This document shows positions 37,839 through 46,188 of a DNA stretch of 47,205 nucleotides, piece after piece (positions within the stretch are counted from its first letter, which is position 1; the number at the start of each line of letters is the position of its first letter). A program made the translations under genes and the position numbers. The notes beneath the pieces were generated by a model. The model was not told the DNA's origin. It did not search any database and worked only from the letters and a program-made list of their open reading frames with translations. Origin of the DNA: Nitrospirae bacterium CG2_30_70_394 (GTDB taxonomy: Bacteria > CG2-30-53-67 > CG2-30-70-394); NCBI GenBank assembly GCA_001873295.1, contig MNYW01000026.1:1-47205 (forward strand). The letters run 5' to 3'.

Positions 37839-39137
37839 CTAGGCCGCCTCGCCCACTTCCTTGAGGGTGGCTTGCGCCAGGCAGAGGTCGAAGGCCTTCT
37901 CCTCGCGCAGCCGGTCGTGGAGCGGGTCAAGGGAGCCAAACTGGCTCTGGTAGTACTGGCGCAGGACCTCGGGGGTGACCCCCACCTCCTGCGCCTCTTT
38001 TTGCAATTGCGCCTGGATCTCCTCGTCGCGGATCTCCACGCTGTGCTCCTCGGCCACCCGGTCGAGGATGAGGGTCAGGCGGGCGCGTTGCTCCGCGTCA
38101 CCGCGGAGCTCCTCGTGGAGCTCCGCCTCGCGTTTGTCCACCTGGTCTGCGTCCATCCCCTCGCCGAGGAGGCGGACCACTCGGTTCTTCACCATCATTT
38201 GGAGCTGACCTTCCAAGAGGGTGGTCGGGACCTCGATGGGGTGAAGCGCCACCAGCTTCTCGGCGATCTCCGCGTGGTAGGCGCGGCGGTTGGCCTCGGT
38301 GATCCGGGCGGTGAGGCCGTCACGGATCGACTGCTTGAGGGCGTTCAGGTCGTCGTGGTCGAGGTCGCGGGCGAAGTCGTCATCGACGGCCGGGAGGATC
38401 TTCTCCCGGATCTCCTTCAGAATGACCTTGAAGGTGGCCTGCTGGTTCGCGAGGTCCTTCCGGTAGTCGGCGGGGAAATCGATGGTGAGGTCGCGCACCT
38501 CGCCGGCGTGCATCCCCTCAATCCCCGCCTCGAGCTGCGGGAAGATCCGCCCCGTGCCCACCTCCACCGCGAACCCCTCCCCGCTGCCCCCCTCGAAGGG
38601 TTTGCCGCCGACCGTGCCGGTGTAATCGATGATCCCCACTAGACCGTGCGCCAGGGTGGCGTTCGCGTCTTCGATCTTGTTCAGGGTGGCGTTGGCTTCG
38701 CGCAGGCGTGCAAGGGTGGAGTCGACCATCTCGTCGGTGACCTCCACCGGCCGCTTCGGGAGCTCGAGCTTGGCCAGGTCCTGGAGTTCGAAGCGCGGTA
38801 GGACGTCCACTTCCGCGAGGTAGACGAAGGGCTGGCCCTCCACGATCGAGATCTCCTCCAGGGTCGGTGGGCCGATCGCCTTCAGATCGTGCTCGGCGAG
38901 CGCCTTCGGGAAGGACTCCTGGAGGAGCTGGTTGCCCACGTCCTCCTTCACCCCGTCGCCGAACCGCTGGCGGAGGACCGACAAAGGCGCCTTGCCGGGG
39001 CGAAAGCCGGGCAGGCGGGCGTTCTTCCGGAGCGCCTGGTAGGCGCGCTCGAAGTGCTGGCTGGCCTCTTCAGCGGGCACGGTGACTCGCACCTGGTAAC
39101 GGGTGGCGGTGAGCTCCTGGGCGGTGGTCTCCATCAT
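37839..39137 (-). CDS. tig: Trigger factor
   Basis: The N-terminal ribosome-binding motif is LPGFRPGKAP. An FKBP-like middle domain and the position upstream of clpP-clpX support the call. The start is the ATGATG at 39137/39134; the ORF-track extension to 39197 overlaps tRNA-Leu. Confidence 0.92.
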   Translation of the reverse strand: MMETTAQELTATRYQVRVTVPAEEASQHFERAYQALRKNARLPGFRPGKAPLSVLRQRFGDGVKEDVGNQLLQESFPKALAEHDLKAIGPPTLEEISIVEGQPFVYLAEVDVLPRFELQDLAKLELPKRPVEVTDEMVDSTLARLREANATLNKIEDANATLAHGLVGIIDYTGTVGGKPFEGGSGEGFAVEVGTGRIFPQLEAGIEGMHAGEVRDLTIDFPADYRKDLANQQATFKVILKEIREKILPAVDDDFARDLDHDDLNALKQSIRDGLTARITEANRRAYHAEIAEKLVALHPIEVPTTLLEGQLQMMVKNRVVRLLGEGMDADQVDKREAELHEELRGDAEQRARLTLILDRVAEEHSVEIRDEEIQAQLQKEAQEVGVTPEVLRQYYQSQFGSLDPLHDRLREEKAFDLCLAQATLKEVGEAA

Positions 39138-39165
39138 CCTCTCTCTCGAAAAACGGGGCGGTGGC

Positions 39166-39249
<84 letters not shown>

Positions 39250-39302
39250 CTGCGGGGACAAACAAAGACGGCCGAGAGTTGCCTCTCGGCCGGGATGTGG
39301 GT

Positions 39303-39378
39303 TGGTGAGCCGTGAAGGGATCGAACCTTCGACCCGCGGATTAAGAGTCCGCTGCTCTACCAGCTGAGCTAACGGCCC
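39303..39378 (-). tRNA. tRNA-Lys (anticodon CTT), CCA encoded
   Basis: Manual fold: GGGCCGT-TA-GCTCAGCTGGTAGAGC-A-GCGGA-CTCTTAA-TCCGC-GGGTC-GAAGGTTCGATCCCTTC-ACGGCTC-ACCA. Confidence 0.9.
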
Positions 39379-39436
39379 ACAAGAAAGACGATGAATGCGC
39401 CCTACGCGCTGCGCCAAGCGATGGTACTCAGGTTCG

Positions 39437-39513
39437 TGGGGTGAGTGAAGGGGCTCGAACCCTCGACAGCCGGATTCACAGTCCGGGGCTCTACCAACTG
39501 AGCTACACTCACC
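39437..39513 (-). tRNA. tRNA-His (anticodon GTG) with genome-encoded G-1 opposite C73, CCA encoded
   Basis: Manual fold: G-GTGAGTG-TA-GCTCAGTTGGTAGAGC-C-CCGGA-CTGTGAA-TCCGG-CTGTC-GAGGGTTCGAGCCCCTT-CACTCAC-C-CCA. Confidence 0.9.
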
Positions 39514-39654
39514 ATCCGCGCGCCATTGTCGGGGGATTCGGAGCGCATGTCTAGGCGCCGGTCGGACCGCCGTCTAGGCGCCGTGGGGGTGTTGTGGGGG
39601 CGGCGGGTCTGGGGCGCGGTGGCCACGCTACGGATCGCCGGCGAGGGTCGCGGC

Positions 39655-42003
39655 CTACTTTTCCGCCGCCAGGGCGAGTTCCCCCTCCAGCCGTTCCAGG
39701 TGTTCGCGGATACGGCGGTGGACACCGAGCCGGTCGTCCATGACCAGGACGTGGTAGTCGGCGGGGAGGCTGACCACCCGGTGGTCGGCGTGGGTGAGGC
39801 GCACGGCGATCTCCTGGGCGCTGATCGGCTCCACCGTCGGGTCGTGGTCGCCCTGCAGGATGAGGCAGGGACAGGTGACCTCGCCGAGGTGTTCCTGGTA
39901 GGCGGCCATCACCTCTTGGAGTTGGTGGATCCCGGAGATTGGCAGGTGGAGGTAGTTGGTCTCCGGGTGTTCCGGGGTCACCGGTTCGAAGTTCTTGAGC
40001 CCCGCCACGCCTGGGAGCATGCCGGCGAACTGGTTCGCCTTGTGGAGCAGCGGCACCAAGCTGGAGCGGCGGCTCGTCAGGCGGGTCGGGGTGGCGATCG
40101 AGACCACCCCCGCCACCGCCTGCTCCGCGGCGAGGAGGTAGGCGAGGCAGCCGCCCATGGAGTGGCCCACCGCCACCACCGCGTCGCATTGCTGCTGGAG
40201 GTAGAGGAGGCCGAAGCGGGCCGAGTCGAGCCACTCCTTCCAGCACCGGCCGGCGAGGTCGTAGGGCGAGGTCGCGTGGCCCGCGAGGCGCGGGGCGCAG
40301 ACCGGGAAGCCGTGGGCGGCAAGGTCGTCGGCGAGCGGCGCCATCGTACCCGGCGAGGCGGAGAAGCCGTGGATCAGCAGGGCCCCGAGGTGTCGGGTGC
40401 CATCGCGGAAGAGGGAGGAGCCGTCCTTGCGCTCCATCTCAGACTTGTTGAGGTGGTGGTAGCGCGGCTGGTCGAAGCTCTCCTTGGCCGCGGCGTAGAG
40501 GAGCGCATCGTCGTCGCGCAGGGCCTCGGCCACCTGGCGATGGCGCTCCTCGCCGGTGAGTTGAATGACCGCCTCCACTGCCTCGACGCACGGGCGTACC
40601 GGCTCCGACTCGTTGACCGCGAGCTGGATGTGGTTCTCCAGGCGGATCTCGTCGAAGTCGTGCTCGTCGGTGAGCTTGGGGGAGAGGAGTAGCTCGTCTC
40701 GGTTGCGCTGCACCAGGTGCTGTTGCTCGGCCCGTTCCAGGAAGCCGGCCATCCGGTCGAGGGGGCGGATGGCGATCTCCAGGTTGTTCGCGACCTCCTT
40801 CAGGTCGGGGTGGAGGAAGACGCGGCGGGAGTGTTGCAGCCGCTTCAGCGCTAGGTAGGTCGCCTCGCCCACCTCGCGAATCCCCAGCCGTTGGCGATGG
40901 TATTCGGCGAGGTTCCGGTAGAGGACGTTGGAGACGAGGTGGCTCAGGTTGATGGTGGTGAGCCGGTACATCTCGCGCATGTAGCGGTGCATGATCCCCT
41001 CGGCGAGCTCGCGGGTCCGGCGCCGCTGGAGGGAGTAGAGCCAGCGCAGCGGCCGTGTGACCATCGCGCGGCCCCGCGCCTCCTGGCGCAGGAGGCGGTA
41101 GATGCGGCCGAGGAGCCACCGGTCGTAACGCTCGAGGTAGTCGGCGACGTGGATCGGCTCGCCGAAGCGGACGTCCATGTCGGTGGCGCGGGAGAGCATG
41201 TTGCCCTCGATTTTCAGCTCCTCCAAAAGCCGCCGGCTGCGCACTCGGCCGATCTTCTTCGCCACCGTCTGCAGAATGTTGTTGGTGATGTAGAGGGGGA
41301 AGAAGGTGATGTTTGCCGGGACGATGCTCACCGGCCGGGCAAGGCGCGCCTGGATCTGCTCCGGCTCCAGCTCCGGCCAGTGGGCGAGGAGGTGGTCTTG
41401 GAGGCGCGTGTCACCGTCGGCGAAGGCGCGCTTCAGGCAGTCGATGCGGTACAGCGCCTTCAACGCGGTGACCGCCGAGCCGGTGTGCGGCGGCCGCCGC
41501 TCCAGGCGGCTACGGGAGTAGATCTGCAACCGGCCGTGGCGATCGAGGACCTTCTTGTCCTTGATCATGCTCCCCTCGGGGAAGATCACCATCTTGCGGC
41601 CGGCGAGCAGCTCATCGCCCATGAAGTCGATGATCCGCGGCAGGTCGGTGGGGATCGCGCCCAGGGAGCGGAGGAAGGTGCCCGCCGTGTCGGGGCCGAG
41701 AAACTCGGGGGCGGCAAGCGACCGGCCGATCACCCCCGCGTGGCGGTAGAGGATGTACTGCGGGATGAAGGTCTCGAAGCGCGAGAAATGGTTGAAGAGG
41801 AAGATGTCGCCGCGCTCGGCCTGGTCGGTGAGGTCGTGCACCCGCAGGTTCAGGGGCGAGACCTTCATCAGCAGATCCATCAACCGCCGCACCCACTGGT
41901 AGGTGCGCAGGTTGATCTCGTAGCTCGGCGGCGCCTCCTCGGCCACCGGCGCCAGGGGGGGGGCCGACTCGGCGGCGGTGGCAGCGGGAGAGTCCATGGC
42001 CAT
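39655..42003 (-). CDS. Fusion protein: N-terminal PlsC-like acyltransferase domain, about 350-aa middle region, C-terminal alpha/beta-hydrolase (esterase/lysophospholipase-like)
   Basis: The acyltransferase blocks are FLFNHFSRFETF (an HX4E variant of HX4D) and VIFPEGSM. The hydrolase motifs are LLIHGFSASPG, nucleophile elbow VGHSMGG, acid LQGDHDPTV, and His in ADYHVLVMDD. ATG at 42003 (or 42024) is the likely start; the ORF-track N-terminus up to 42288 overlaps the upstream gene. Confidence 0.75.
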   Translation of the reverse strand: MAMDSPAATAAESAPPLAPVAEEAPPSYEINLRTYQWVRRLMDLLMKVSPLNLRVHDLTDQAERGDIFLFNHFSRFETFIPQYILYRHAGVIGRSLAAPEFLGPDTAGTFLRSLGAIPTDLPRIIDFMGDELLAGRKMVIFPEGSMIKDKKVLDRHGRLQIYSRSRLERRPPHTGSAVTALKALYRIDCLKRAFADGDTRLQDHLLAHWPELEPEQIQARLARPVSIVPANITFFPLYITNNILQTVAKKIGRVRSRRLLEELKIEGNMLSRATDMDVRFGEPIHVADYLERYDRWLLGRIYRLLRQEARGRAMVTRPLRWLYSLQRRRTRELAEGIMHRYMREMYRLTTINLSHLVSNVLYRNLAEYHRQRLGIREVGEATYLALKRLQHSRRVFLHPDLKEVANNLEIAIRPLDRMAGFLERAEQQHLVQRNRDELLLSPKLTDEHDFDEIRLENHIQLAVNESEPVRPCVEAVEAVIQLTGEERHRQVAEALRDDDALLYAAAKESFDQPRYHHLNKSEMERKDGSSLFRDGTRHLGALLIHGFSASPGTMAPLADDLAAHGFPVCAPRLAGHATSPYDLAGRCWKEWLDSARFGLLYLQQQCDAVVAVGHSMGGCLAYLLAAEQAVAGVVSIATPTRLTSRRSSLVPLLHKANQFAGMLPGVAGLKNFEPVTPEHPETNYLHLPISGIHQLQEVMAAYQEHLGEVTCPCLILQGDHDPTVEPISAQEIAVRLTHADHRVVSLPADYHVLVMDDRLGVHRRIREHLERLEGELALAAEK

Positions 42004-42091
42004 GTCGCGATTCACCCTCAGCATCGGCTTTCGGCTTGGCGCTTGGTGGCGGCGGAAGGCGCGTTTCGGCCACGCTCCGGTGGCGGTCGTC

Positions 42092-43657
42092 TCACCCCTT
42101 GCGGAGCCGCCCGAGCAACCCACTGAGACCGGCGCGGCTGCCCTCGGGTTTGTGGCTTGCCGCCTCCATCTCCGCCAGCGCCTGGGTGGCGTGGCGCTGG
42201 TGCGGGTCCCAGCGGAGCGCCTCGCGATAGCAGCCGGCCGCCTTCTCCTCCATGCCCCCCTCGCGGTACAGGTCGCCGAGGGCGACATAGCCGCGCGGGT
42301 CGCTCGGGGCGAGGCGGGTCGCCCGCTTCAGGGCCTGTTCCGCCTCCCGCTTGCGACCGCGCAGCCGGATGCAGGCGGCGGCAAGGTAGAGGTGGTAGTC
42401 GGTCTCGTCCGGCTTGCGCTCGATGAGGTTGGCCAGCAGACGGGCGGCCCGTTCGTAGTCGTGGCCGGTGATCGCCAGCTTGGCGTTGGTGAAGATCGCC
42501 TCCGGGTCGCCGGGGGCGGGGTGGTGGGCGGCGGGGTGGTCGCCGTGCCCACCACCCCCGTGCTTCGGGTCGGAGAGGGTCTGGTAGGCGGCGGTCAGCG
42601 CCTGGGTAACGTGATCGGCGACCGCGATGATCTCCTCTCCCAGCCCCAGGCCGCGCACCACGTCCGGGTGGAACCGCTTGCTCAGGTGGTGGTAGGAGCG
42701 CTTCACCTCGGTCAACGAATGGTTGCGGTTGACGCGCAGGAGCGCGTACGGGTCCATCGCGCCGATCCGCCGCGCCAGGCCGGTGAGCTCGCGTTCCAGG
42801 GCGCGCGCCTCCTCGGAGATCGCCCCCGTCTCGGTCGCCGCCGCCGGCGTGGCGGGGGGTGTGGGGGTGGCCGCGGTCTCCGCCGCAGGCGGGGTCGGTG
42901 CAGCCGCGGTGGCCGCGGGGACCTGTTCGGGGGTGATCAGCCCGAGGTAGGCGAGGAGGAAGAGGCGCTGGCGCACCGCATCGGGGGTGAGGGCGGCGAG
43001 GCGGGCGATCTCCGCCAGCGGCCGGCCGCGCTCAACCAGGCCGAGGACGGTGGCGGCCGCGTCGTCGAAGACGAACTGCTGGGCCAACCGCCACGGGGTC
43101 ACCGCCGGCCGGAAGGTGGCGTCATCGTCGAGGGGGTAGGCGCGCCGCAGCGTCGCCACCGGCAGGGAGAGGAGGGCGGTGGGGATCGCCTCGGTGATCG
43201 GCAGGTGCGGATGGGTCGACGCCACGGTCAGCTCCGGGATCGGCAGGAAGCGGACCGGGTGGTGCGGGTCGGCGAGCAGCGCCGCGAGGGCGTCGCGGAT
43301 CTGCTCGGTGAGGGCGGTGACCACCGCCTCCTCCGGAACCCGCGCCTGGTCGATCGCCCAGCTCCCCGAGCGCTGTCCCGACGCCTCGATGGCTACCAGC
43401 GCCTCGGCGTGCTGTGCCTCACTGAGCTGGTGGGCCGCGCGCAGGCGCGCCAGGAGCCGCCCCTCCGGTTCCAGCGAGGCGGCGGTGACCACCTCGCCGG
43501 CGACCACGTGGAGCTTGCGATGGTCGCCGTCCACCCGGGCACTGGTGAGGATCCCCGAGGCGTGGTCCGTGAGGATCATTTCCAGGGCGGCGAGGAGCGA
43601 GGTGTTGACGCATCCCGGCCGCTCTTCCGTGGTCGTCTGGTGGGGAGTCGGGTTCAC
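42092..43657 (-). CDS. DUF4388 (PatA-N-like) + J-domain + TPR protein
   Basis: The N-terminus LLAALEMILTDHASGILT...KLHVVAGEVVTA is DUF4388-like. A P/A/T linker follows. The J domain is DPYALLRVNRNHSLTEVKRSYHHLSKRFHPD, with the HPD motif. The C-terminal TPR-like repeats include YHLYLAAACIRLRG and GYVALGDLY. Confidence 0.8.
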   Translation of the reverse strand: MNPTPHQTTTEERPGCVNTSLLAALEMILTDHASGILTSARVDGDHRKLHVVAGEVVTAASLEPEGRLLARLRAAHQLSEAQHAEALVAIEASGQRSGSWAIDQARVPEEAVVTALTEQIRDALAALLADPHHPVRFLPIPELTVASTHPHLPITEAIPTALLSLPVATLRRAYPLDDDATFRPAVTPWRLAQQFVFDDAAATVLGLVERGRPLAEIARLAALTPDAVRQRLFLLAYLGLITPEQVPAATAAAPTPPAAETAATPTPPATPAAATETGAISEEARALERELTGLARRIGAMDPYALLRVNRNHSLTEVKRSYHHLSKRFHPDVVRGLGLGEEIIAVADHVTQALTAAYQTLSDPKHGGGGHGDHPAAHHPAPGDPEAIFTNAKLAITGHDYERAARLLANLIERKPDETDYHLYLAAACIRLRGRKREAEQALKRATRLAPSDPRGYVALGDLYREGGMEEKAAGCYREALRWDPHQRHATQALAEMEAASHKPEGSRAGLSGLLGRLRKG

Positions 43658-43750
43658 CTTGCACCCCTCTCGATCCCTCTGTTACACAGCCGGCCGACGG
43701 TGTTGTGGCCGTGGTTCCGCCATCCTTCGCTCTTTCCGTTGGTACCCAAC

Positions 43751-44029
43751 ATGATGGAACGCGGCTCCCAGGTCCGTCTCGGGCCCATGCTTCTCGTGGC
43801 CCTCTTGTCGGCCATTTTTGGCGGCGTGATATCCAACATCCTGCGCCACCTGATCCCCGGCGGGATCCTCCACGACCTCTTCGTCCAGGGGGTGGAGGTG
43901 GGGATGGCCCCACCCCTGAGCCTCAACCTCGCGATCTTCCACATTACCTTTGGTTTTACCCTCGACCTGAGCCTCCTCGCAATCTTGTGTGCGGTCATCG
44001 GTCTTCTCGTCTACCGCAAGGTGTCGTGA
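43751..44029 (+). CDS. Small membrane protein (92 aa), DUF4321-like
   Basis: Two hydrophobic segments, LGPMLLVALLSAIFGGVISNIL and LSLLAILCAVIGLLVY, flank a LNLAIFHITFGFTLDL segment. The stop overlaps the next gene's ATG (TGATG). The family call is from memory only. Confidence 0.55.
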   Translation: MMERGSQVRLGPMLLVALLSAIFGGVISNILRHLIPGGILHDLFVQGVEVGMAPPLSLNLAIFHITFGFTLDLSLLAILCAVIGLLVYRKVS

Positions 44030-45063
44030 TGCGGGGGGTGGCGTTCGTGCTCCTCCTCGTCGTGTGGGCGGGAACCGCGGCTGCGGCGATTCCCAGCGCG
44101 GTGACCCTCCACTTCCTCCTCGACGGCTCCAGCTCCATGCGCGCCCGGGATGCGGCGGGGGTGCGGATCGACATCCTGCGCGCCGGGGTCGCCAGCTTCG
44201 CCCGCAACCACGACCGGCCGGAGCTGGCCATTCGCGCCTACGGCGACAGCCCCAGCCTCACCGGCTGCGCCGACGTCACCCTCCACCTCGCCCCCGGCCG
44301 GCACACCGTGGAGGAGGTGAGCGCGGCGCTCGGCGGTCTGCTCCCCGAGGGCGGTTCGCCCATCTCCGCCGGCCTGCGCCGTGCGGTCCGCGACCTCAGC
44401 GGCCGGGTGGGGACGCAGGTGGTGGTTCTGATCGCTGACGGCGGCGACAACTGCTCCAAGGACCCCCTCGCGGACGTCGCCAACGTTATGGGCGAGGTGC
44501 CCGGAGTGCGCATCGAGGTACTCGGCCTCAACGTCGGCGCGGCGGTGGACCGCGACCAACTCCGCGAGATCGCCGCCGCCGGCGGTGGCCGCTACTTCGA
44601 GGTCGGTAGCGCCGCCCAGCTCGCCAACGCCCTGGGCAAGATCGCCGCCGACGCCTACCAGCGCGAGGACGATCGCGTCGCCCGTCTGGAGGAAGAGGAG
44701 CAGCGGCGTGCCGAGTGGGTGGCGCGGACCCGGTTGCGGGTCTCCTTCACCACCACCTTCCCCGGCTTTTTCTGCGACGCCGTGTACATCGACCCCCTGC
44801 GGATCAACGGCGCGGCGGTTCCCCTGGCCAGCGGCGGGCGGGTCGGGTGTAGTGGCGCGACGGTCCTCGTCGACACCCCCCAGTCGCCGGGCGACTACAC
44901 GGTGGAGGTGGGATACGTGAAGGAGCTCAAGGGCGAGCGCAGCCCAGGCGAGCTCCTCACCCTGCAGGTGACGATTGAATCGGGGGTCACCACCGAGGTC
45001 GACCTCACCACCCACATGGGCCTCTTCTCGTGGGGGCTGAAGGGGGCGGTCAACAAGCAGTAG
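44029..45063 (+). CDS. Secreted von Willebrand factor type A (VWA) domain protein with a C-terminal beta-rich domain
   Basis: The signal peptide is MRGVAFVLLLVVWAGTAAAA. The MIDAS-like motif is LLDGSSSM. Also seen: VVVLIADGGDNC and REIAAAGGGRYFEV. Confidence 0.75.
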   Translation: MRGVAFVLLLVVWAGTAAAAIPSAVTLHFLLDGSSSMRARDAAGVRIDILRAGVASFARNHDRPELAIRAYGDSPSLTGCADVTLHLAPGRHTVEEVSAALGGLLPEGGSPISAGLRRAVRDLSGRVGTQVVVLIADGGDNCSKDPLADVANVMGEVPGVRIEVLGLNVGAAVDRDQLREIAAAGGGRYFEVGSAAQLANALGKIAADAYQREDDRVARLEEEEQRRAEWVARTRLRVSFTTTFPGFFCDAVYIDPLRINGAAVPLASGGRVGCSGATVLVDTPQSPGDYTVEVGYVKELKGERSPGELLTLQVTIESGVTTEVDLTTHMGLFSWGLKGAVNKQ

Positions 45064-45083
45064 CCACCACCCCGCGTCGCCCC

Positions 45084-45929
45084 CTACGGGTGCGGTGCCA
45101 GCGCCTCGTGGCGTGGGTCGAGGTGGTCGCGGAGGCGGTCGCCGAGGTGGACCGCCGCCACCACCGTGAGGAAGATCGCCACCCCTGGGAAGGTGGTTAC
45201 GTGCGGCGCCACCAGCAAGTCGGCGCGGCCTCCGTTGAGCAGACCCCCCCAAGTGGCGGTGGGGGGCGGCGTGCCCAAGCCGAGGAAGGAGAGGGACGAC
45301 TCGGCGAGGATGGCGTAGGCAAAACCGAAGGTCGCCTCCACGGTCAGGGGCGCGGCCACCGATGGCAGGAGGTGGCGCAGGAGCAGGCGCGGTAGCGACA
45401 GCCCCAGGCCGGTGGCGGCGGCCATGAAGTCGGTGGAGCGCAGGGCGAGGACCTGGCCGCGGGTGAGGCGGGCGTACCCCACCCAGCCGATGATCGACAG
45501 GGCGAGGATCACGTGGCCGATCCCGGGGCCGGTGGCGGCGGTGAAGGCGATGGCCAGGAGAATCCCGGGGAAGGCGAGGAAGCAGTCGGTGATGCGCATG
45601 AGCAGCTCGTCCACCCAGCCACCGAGCCAACCCGCGAGGAGCCCCACCGCTGCCCCCACCGTGGCGGTCACGGTGACCGTCGCCATCCCCACCAGGAGCG
45701 AGATGCGCGCCCCAAAGAGGAGGCGCGAGAGAAGATCGCGGCCGAGACGGTCCTGGCCCAGCCAGTGGTGAACCGATGGCGGCGCGAGCGCCCCGGCAAG
45801 GTCGATCGCCGACGGATCGTGCGGTGCCAGCCACGGTGCCGCGGCGGCCCCGATCGCCATCGCCACCAGCAACCAGCCGGCCCAGCCGGGAGCGACGAGC
45901 CAACGCGCGAGGCGGGGTGGGACGGCCAT
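45084..45929 (-). CDS. ABC transporter permease, DppC/OppC family (no partner genes in the window)
   Basis: The OppC_N-like start is LAPHDP...HWLGQDRLGRDLLSRLLFGARISL. The EAA-loop region is FMAAATGLGLSLPRLLLRHLLPS. Confidence 0.85.
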   Translation of the reverse strand: MAVPPRLARWLVAPGWAGWLLVAMAIGAAAAPWLAPHDPSAIDLAGALAPPSVHHWLGQDRLGRDLLSRLLFGARISLLVGMATVTVTATVGAAVGLLAGWLGGWVDELLMRITDCFLAFPGILLAIAFTAATGPGIGHVILALSIIGWVGYARLTRGQVLALRSTDFMAAATGLGLSLPRLLLRHLLPSVAAPLTVEATFGFAYAILAESSLSFLGLGTPPPTATWGGLLNGGRADLLVAPHVTTFPGVAIFLTVVAAVHLGDRLRDHLDPRHEALAPHP

Positions 45930-45974
45930 GGCCGCGACTCTACCGCCGCCCCCCGCCGGACCGCACCCCACGGG

Positions 45975-46107
45975 GACGCCGCCTTAGAAGATGTTTTGTA
46001 GCGCGGGCCGCGAATCGTAGCCTGGGGTCAGGCCTTTATTTTATATTCCCGGTCCAACACCGGACTCTGATGCGCCGCGTTGCAGCATAAAGTAAAGACA
46101 TGACCCC
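45975..46107. repeat. Composite repeat: family A fragment (reverse) plus a GGGGTCA hairpin element (46024-46107)
   Basis: ttgtagcgcgggccgcgaatc parallels ttgtagagcgggccgcgaatc at 16480-16500. The hairpin arms are ggggtcaggcctttattttat and ataaagtaaagacatgacccc: 21 bp, 3 mismatches, with a loop of about 42 nt. Confidence 0.6.
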
Positions 46108-46188
46108 AGACCGATCTTGGCGGCGCGGCGGCTTCGCCCGGTGGGGGTGAGGCGCCCACCCCCTCCTACTTCCTACTCCTCGCGCCCG

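Noticed and set aside
41978-44029. A 683-aa plus-strand ORF ending in the small membrane protein.
   Set aside because: The first 590 or so residues are antisense to the DUF4388/J-domain gene and are compositionally non-protein-like. Only the terminal 92 aa (ATG 43751) look genuine.
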